Assembly: GCA_965655095.1 (NCBI GenBank)
Contig: OZ296648.1
Location: 8,742,001 to 8,806,000 of the forward strand
Source of the DNA: Haplodiscus bocki
Lineage: Eukaryota
Reading direction: 5' to 3'
DNA length: 64,000 nt
A program made the position numbers and the translations under genes. Numbering within the stretch: the stretch's first letter is position 1; the number at the start of each line of letters is the position of its first letter. A model generated the notes under the pieces. The model was not told the DNA's origin and made no database searches. It saw only the letters and a program-made list of their open reading frames with translations. Below, one piece after another: positions 60,301 to 64,000 of this stretch.

Positions 60301-63300
60301 TTTCAATTCACTTTCGTTTCTATTAGGGAACAAACAAACAGAATTTAGAAATTTGCACAATTTCTTGGCCAAAGATTCATCGTATTATCAGACATGGAGT
60401 TTTCAGAGGAAGCAAGTTGATCTTCCGTGTCCTTGTAATCTTCGTCATCTGTGGTTGGCTGGTAAGCAAAACACTCCGTTTGGCAGGCATTTCATTTTTC
60501 TCCGACTTCCTGGAAATTTGTGGCCTGAGGAAGCAACTGAATCCTATAAGTATATTTTAGGAAAACGAATTCGAATGTATCTTTTGGGGTTCCTCCTCAA
60601 AGTTGAAAGGTTTGGTTTGTCGAGCATTCGTTCCCTGTTTTCTGGGGAAAGTTGAAACACATTTGGGTTTTCTTCCACGGCGTCTTCCATTTCTGTTTCC
60701 GATGTCGTGTTGTTGACATGGCGTAAGTTTTAGATTTGATCAAGATTCTGGTCTCCTAAGTTTTCTCTTTTTCGCTGTTGTCCCTCCAATTTTTCGTATC
60801 TGCTCTTTTCAGGAAAATCAAAATTGTCTCAAATAAATCGAAAGAAAATTACTTACAACAAATCTGCTACCAATGCTACTTGTTTCCGTCTGATGCAGTG
60901 GTTAAACAATGTTTGAATTGCATAGCGTTGACAGAACGTCATTCTCTTCTATTTCTTGACATATTTTTGAATTTTTTCCAGGGTCTACTCGCTGTATATA
61001 TTCATTCGATTGTGCATTTTTCATATACATCAAAAAATTCTCACGTACAGAGGAGAGAAAATTGATGTATACCGAAGTTCTAACCGGAAGCTATCTTTCT
61101 CTCTGGGTGAGTTTCATGCTGATCGTTAAAATGGTTTTTTTCTCACTTCTTGAAAGACAAAATAGAAAAACGAGTGGTTTTCCCGATGTCTGATGTTAAA
61201 GACACGTTCATAAAATGTGAAAGTTCTCCTAATAACCTGTCTGATAGTGTGCTATAAAATGCTACATTTCTATATTCATGGAGAATATTAGGTATAAATG
61301 CCGAAAGGCGCGTGGTTTTTGAAAACTAGTGTTCATGGATGTCAATTTCGGTCCGACCATTTCAGCAACTACTGGTTAGTTCTTCTGAAAAGTCAGTAGA
61401 AGGGAGTTCTCTGGAATTGGCTGAATGTTTCAAAAAGACGTCTTCTGATTACTAGAATGGCTGTGGACTTTTCGTTCTATTTAAAAATGACGCTAAGGCG
61501 TCTAGGATAGTACAGATGTTTCTTGGGCGAATTGGTTCCACTCTAAATTTTTTTGGTTGTATCAATTGTTTGGAGCGTTCGCCAATTTAGTTCAATTTTA
61601 GACTTTACTTTGTTTGAAATCAATACGGAGCACAATTGTTCGAGCTGATGCTTAACGAACTCGGCATAGAGTCACAATCATCATTGTACCGAGCAATACA
61701 AAATACGCGAGGACAAAAGCATGGAAGGATCAAAAAACAGAGAAAAAGGCTATGTTGGTAGAAGTGGCCACGAGGAGGGAGAATTACACGTAAGAAACTG
61801 AGGTAATGCCTCTTGTTGTGAAGACAATCCATTGAACATCTCAACATTCACAGTAGTATCCAAGCCGTTCTGCTCAACTACATAGGGGTTCAAACCACCA
61901 ATTAAGTAAAACCGGCAGCATTCAAATGGCGTGATAACCACTACAACAACATGACCCTCAATTAGGTAGAAAAAATGTAAATTTTGAAGACTTGGGTTTT
62001 TGGCCTAGTACCATACTGTACCAACTCATGCGTTTATTTTAACGTAAAAACTAACTTCATCAAGATGAAAGCTAGCTCTTCCATAGCCCAGTTTGCAAAT
62101 AAGTTTTTTTGCTTAATGTTGTCAGGGTAACTTTTGGGAATATCAGTGGTTTCTTTGCGCAACTCTTGATTCGAGCTCGCAAATTTCGCCCATTGGTTGT
62201 GATTGTTTGTAAAGTTTGCTCTTTTGCTTTGGAAGTGCACCTTAGTGTTGGTTTTTACGGAGCCTTCTATTATTTTATCGCTCTTCTGGGTCTTTCGGGA
62301 GTCAGTTTATGCTCTGGTGGGAGTCTGCGGAACTACTTTCTTCTCGGATGAAGATAGTGTATTTTTCTACTTACATCCAGTACCGGTAGCTTTTGTAAGT
62401 TTTTTCAGTCCCCGCATTTTTACCAGAATTTGCCACTGGATTTGAATGGGCTTCACTTTACCGCCCTTTTCGTTTGCTGAACTGAATTTTTGTTGGGAAA
62501 ATGCTATTATCCCAGCAACTTCCAATGCATGGTTGTTGCCAAAGGCAAGCAAGTTTGCAAAGGTCACCTCTACAACTGTGAAGGAAAAATGACTGTCTCT
62601 ACCATTAACCGCTCTGAAATTCTGGTTTAAGTGGCCGAAGTTCGACATCTGTCGACGGTGAAGGACTTTTTGAATTTTCTTATGTCTTCAATCTAACGCG
62701 GACCCAGCAATTTTGTTTTGGAAAGGTCCCAGTAGTTGTCATGGTTGGTCTCATTGTCTTCCGGGGTGAATATTTAGGTTAATTTCTCTTCTTTGTGTCC
62801 TTTTAAAGGGGTTGTCCTGTTCGGCACTCCTTTTTTTGCATTGTACTTCTCATGACTGTGGGCAATCAGTTCTTTTCCTTTATCGGCCAAGATATATTAA
62901 CAACAACTCTAAAACGACAACATGTGAAGACTTTTCTTTCAAATTAACTGAGTTGGCAAGAGATCGAATTGATTTCCCGGAATGAGATTCATTTCAAATT
63001 TTCACTTCTAGAATACTAATTTGAAATGAGTGAAGAAATTATGAACAAACTTCTTATCAATAAAGATCGCAACTTCGACACATTTTTTTGAGTGGGCGGA
63101 AAAACATTGTAGTAAAAGGCATAGTAAATATCAGAACTTGTCTTGATCTGTATCGAGTGGGACTTAGTTGGGCTCAGCAAGAAAAATAGAAAGCCTGAAC
63201 TCATGTTTTTGCGCTCTGAACTTCTAGTTCCTTTCTCTTCCATTTGTCCCTTAAGTAGTATTTGCTTTGAACATGTTTCAATTCACTTTCGTTTCTATTA

Positions 63301-64000
63301 GGGAACAAACAAACAGAGTTTAGAAAACTGCACAATTTCTTGGCCAAAGATTCATCGTATTATCAGACATGGAGTTTTCAGAGGAAGCAAGTTGATCTTC
63401 CGTGTCCTTGTAATCTTCGTCATCTGTGGTTGGCTGGTAAGCAAAACACTCCGTTTGGCAGGCATTTCATTTTTCTCCGACTTCCTGGAAATTTGTGGCC
63501 TGGGGAAGCAACTGAATCCTATAAGTATATTTTAGGAAAACGAATTCGAATGTATCTTTTGGGGTTCCTCCTCAAACTTGAAAGGTTTGGTTTGTCGAGC
63601 ATTCGTTCCCTGTTTTCTGGGGAAAGTTGAAACACATTTGGGTTTTCTTCCACGGCGTCTTCCATTTCTGTTTCCGATGTCGTGTTGTTGACATGGCGTA
63701 AGTTTTAGATTTGATCAAGATTCTGGTCTCCTAAGTTTTCTCTTTTTCGCGGTTGTCCCTGCAATTTTTCGTATCTGCTCTTTTCAGGAAAATCAAAATT
63801 GTCTCAAATAAATCGAAAGAAAATTACTTACAACAAGTCTGCTACCAATGCTACTTGTTTCCGTCTGGTGCAGTGGTGAAACAATGTTTGAATTGCACAG
63901 CGTTGACAGAACGTCATTCTCTTCTATTTCTTGACATATTTTTGAATTTTTTCCAGGGTCTACTCGCTGTATATATTCATTCGATTGTGCATTTTTCATA
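54350..64000. repeat. ~2.97-kb tandem array (3 full units plus a partial; runs off the window)
   Basis: Equivalent ORFs at 56088/59059/62034 and 56421/59392/62367 (periods 2971, 2975). Units start near 54350, 57320, 60290 and 63266 at ttgaacat. Confidence 0.97.
55935..56011 (-). repeat. tRNA-like head (A and B boxes) in the 2.97-kb unit; also 58907-58982 and 61882-61958
   Basis: - strand reads GGTCCTGTTGGTGTAATGGTTATCACG (tRNA D-arm/A box) … GGCGGTTTGAACCC (B box with C>T). The acceptor stem does not close. Confidence 0.6.

Overview
AT-rich eukaryotic DNA (spliceosomal introns, animal-like gene), not prokaryotic; most short ORFs in the track are spurious or pseudogene fragments. (1) 2.3-14.9 kb: one intact 7-exon + strand gene for a ~534-aa inositol polyphosphate 5-phosphatase with a C-terminal SKICH domain (INPP5K/INPP5J type). 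All six splice junctions are GT-AG and phase-compatible, and the last exon is missing from the ORF track. Its introns hold MITE/foldback elements and tRNA-like relics. (2) 1-2.1 kb and 15.3-17.9 kb: probable, heavily decayed Ty3/Gypsy pol relics on the - strand. (3) ~18.66-55.16 kb: a head-to-tail array of 7 copies (4.6-6.7 kb period) of a decayed, intron-containing - strand gene. By eye it has tyrosine-recombinase motifs (NxCR ... TNHNRK ... MGH-x8-C, with Cys where the catalytic Tyr is expected), followed by 3-5 tandem ~120-aa repeats. It looks Crypton-like and seems to have been inactivated before amplification. (4) 54.35-64 kb: a second, more homogeneous ~2.97-kb tandem array made of 0.8 kb of that element plus 2.2 kb of unrelated DNA containing a tRNA-like head. 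All assignments are by manual translation and motif recognition; no searches were run.
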